A stretch of 38,088 nucleotides of DNA, taken from Bdellovibrionales bacterium (lineage in GTDB: Bacteria > Bdellovibrionota > Bdellovibrionia > Bdellovibrionales > UBA1609). The translations under genes and the position numbers were made by a program. Positions 36,779 to 38,088 of the stretch are shown here, piece after piece; within the stretch, counting starts at the first letter, position 1, and the number at the start of each line of letters is the position of its first letter. The notes beneath the pieces are model-generated. The model was given only the letters and a program-made list of their open reading frames with translations, did not search any database and had not been told where the DNA came from. The stretch spans positions 1-38,088 of the forward strand of contig JBFWVI010000031.1 in NCBI GenBank assembly GCA_050246815.1, read 5' to 3'.

Positions 36779-36969
36779 CCGACACCTCCATGTGTGGAAG
36801 GACGATTCAAAAAGGACGTCATGTCCTGACCACTTGTCGGCCGAGGTTCTGGATGTCGGTAGAGTACCAACGTCTAATTTTGAGTCATTCTGGCCGAAAG
36901 TCCCAGAAGACTGGCCTAGGCCCGCGGCCTGCAGCCAAACCGTGTCACGGTTTCTGATGCCTTTGCTTT

Positions 36970-38088
36970 TTATGCCTCGACGTTTTCATCGCGATTGGCG
37001 TTGACGTTTTTCTCGGCCGCCCCGGCCAAACGAATTCCCAACTCTAATAACTGTTCGCGCGCCACTGGACTGGGCGCCTCAGCCATCAAATCCGAGGCCT
37101 TGGCGGTTTTGGGAAAGGCTATCACATCGCGAATCGCGTCGGTTCCGCACAACAACATTGTCAGGCGATCCAATCCCCAAGCGATACCGCCGTGCGGAGG
37201 AGTGCCGTAACTTAAAGCCTCAATGAAGAAACCGAATTTCAGCTTGATCTCTTCATCCGACAACCCCAGCGCATCAAACATATTGCGTTGAATGTCTTGG
37301 CGATGAATCCGGATCGAACCGCCGGCGATTTCGTAGCCGTTACAGACCAAGTCGTAGGCTTTGGCCAACAGTGTGGGGTACTCGCTCTCTTGGCGCAGAC
37401 TCAAGATCTCTTTTTGCTCGTCTTTGCACATGGTGAATGGATGGTGCCGCGCGACCCAACGTTTGTTGTCGCGATCGAACTCGAGCAGCGGGAAGTCCAC
37501 CACCCATAAAAACTTAAACTGCTTTTCGTCGATCAGTTTCAATTCGTGACCCAATTGTTCACGCAAAGTGGCCAAGGCGGCGCAAGCAATGTCGAAGTCG
37601 TCGGCCACGATCAAAGCGGCGTCACCGATTTTTGCGCCAGTGGCGGCAAAGATCTCTTTGAGTTTTTCAGGACTCAAAAATTTGCTGATCGGGGTGCTTA
37701 ACTCCGTGCCTTCAGACTTAATCCAGACCAAACCTTTCGCGCCCATTTGCTTTGCGGTCTGGGTGAAGCGGTCGAATTGAGAGCGGCTAAAGCTTCCTCC
37801 ACCGGGCACCTTCAAGCCACGGATCACTGCACCGCGGGCCGCGGTATCTTCGAACACCTTAAAGCCGCAGCCCTTGCCGAGGGCGGTCAGGTCTTTCAGC
37901 TCCAAGGGGTTGCGCAAATCGGGCTTGTCACTGCCAAAGCGGTTCATGACGTCAAAATAGGTCATGCGCGGAATCGCGCCGATGTCGTAGTTCAAAATTT
38001 GCTTCCAAAAGACTTGGGCCATCTCTTCATTGAGGGCCAATAAATCATCCTGGTCGACGAAGCTCATCTCGATATCGATTTGACTAAA
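36970..38088 (-). CDS. aspS: Aspartate--tRNA ligase, 3' part (5' end outside the window)
   Basis: Frame open to the window edge ([10 protein letters not shown]); [11 protein letters not shown] domain, [35 protein letters not shown] and [10 protein letters not shown]. Confidence 0.98.
   Translation of the reverse strand, partial: FSQIDIEMSFVDQDDLLALNEEMAQVFWKQILNYDIGAIPRMTYFDVMNRFGSDKPDLRNPLELKDLTALGKGCGFKVFEDTAARGAVIRGLKVPGGGSFSRSQFDRFTQTAKQMGAKGLVWIKSEGTELSTPISKFLSPEKLKEIFAATGAKIGDAALIVADDFDIACAALATLREQLGHELKLIDEKQFKFLWVVDFPLLEFDRDNKRWVARHHPFTMCKDEQKEILSLRQESEYPTLLAKAYDLVCNGYEIAGGSIRIHRQDIQRNMFDALGLSDEEIKLKFGFFIEALSYGTPPHGGIAWGLDRLTMLLCGTDAIRDVIAFPKTAKASDLMAEAPSPVAREQLLELGIRLAGAAEKNVNANRDENVEA

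Overview
Chromosomal segment most consistent with a Bdellovibrionota predator. This is an inference from a TIGR02147-type HTH protein, many orphan secreted proteins and a folD-flp...cpaC-cpaF-aspS gene order. From left to right it carries tRNA-Leu(CAG), rlmI- and rlmM-like methyltransferases flanking a 2-TM unknown protein, a 651-aa secreted orphan, a 22-bp inverted repeat, a PF10136 'site-specific recombinase' membrane protein and mgtE. Next come a PD40-PA-M28-PDZ lipoprotein peptidase and a tetR-tolC-RND operon with no adaptor gene. An AT-rich islet (about 18.05-21.78 kb) abuts the 3' end of tRNA-Leu(TAG) and holds a pseudogene remnant, TIGR02147, an orphan, LysR and a MenA1/MenT1-like nucleotidyltransferase toxin-antitoxin pair. 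The rest comprises gcvT-gcvH, a lytic transglycosylase, folD, a split Tad/Flp pilus locus interrupted by an amidohydrolase, a secreted protein with a prion-like tail and a hybrid kinase, and the 3' part of aspS. Best leads: (1) the MenAT1-like tRNA-modifying TA pair directly behind a tRNA-Leu gene; (2) the glycine-zipper/prion-like secreted protein inside the Tad locus; (3) formate-nitrite-channel-like motifs in the so-called recombinase; (4) an aerolysin-like hairpin pattern in the 651-aa orphan. All family calls are from motif reading and recall; no searches were run.
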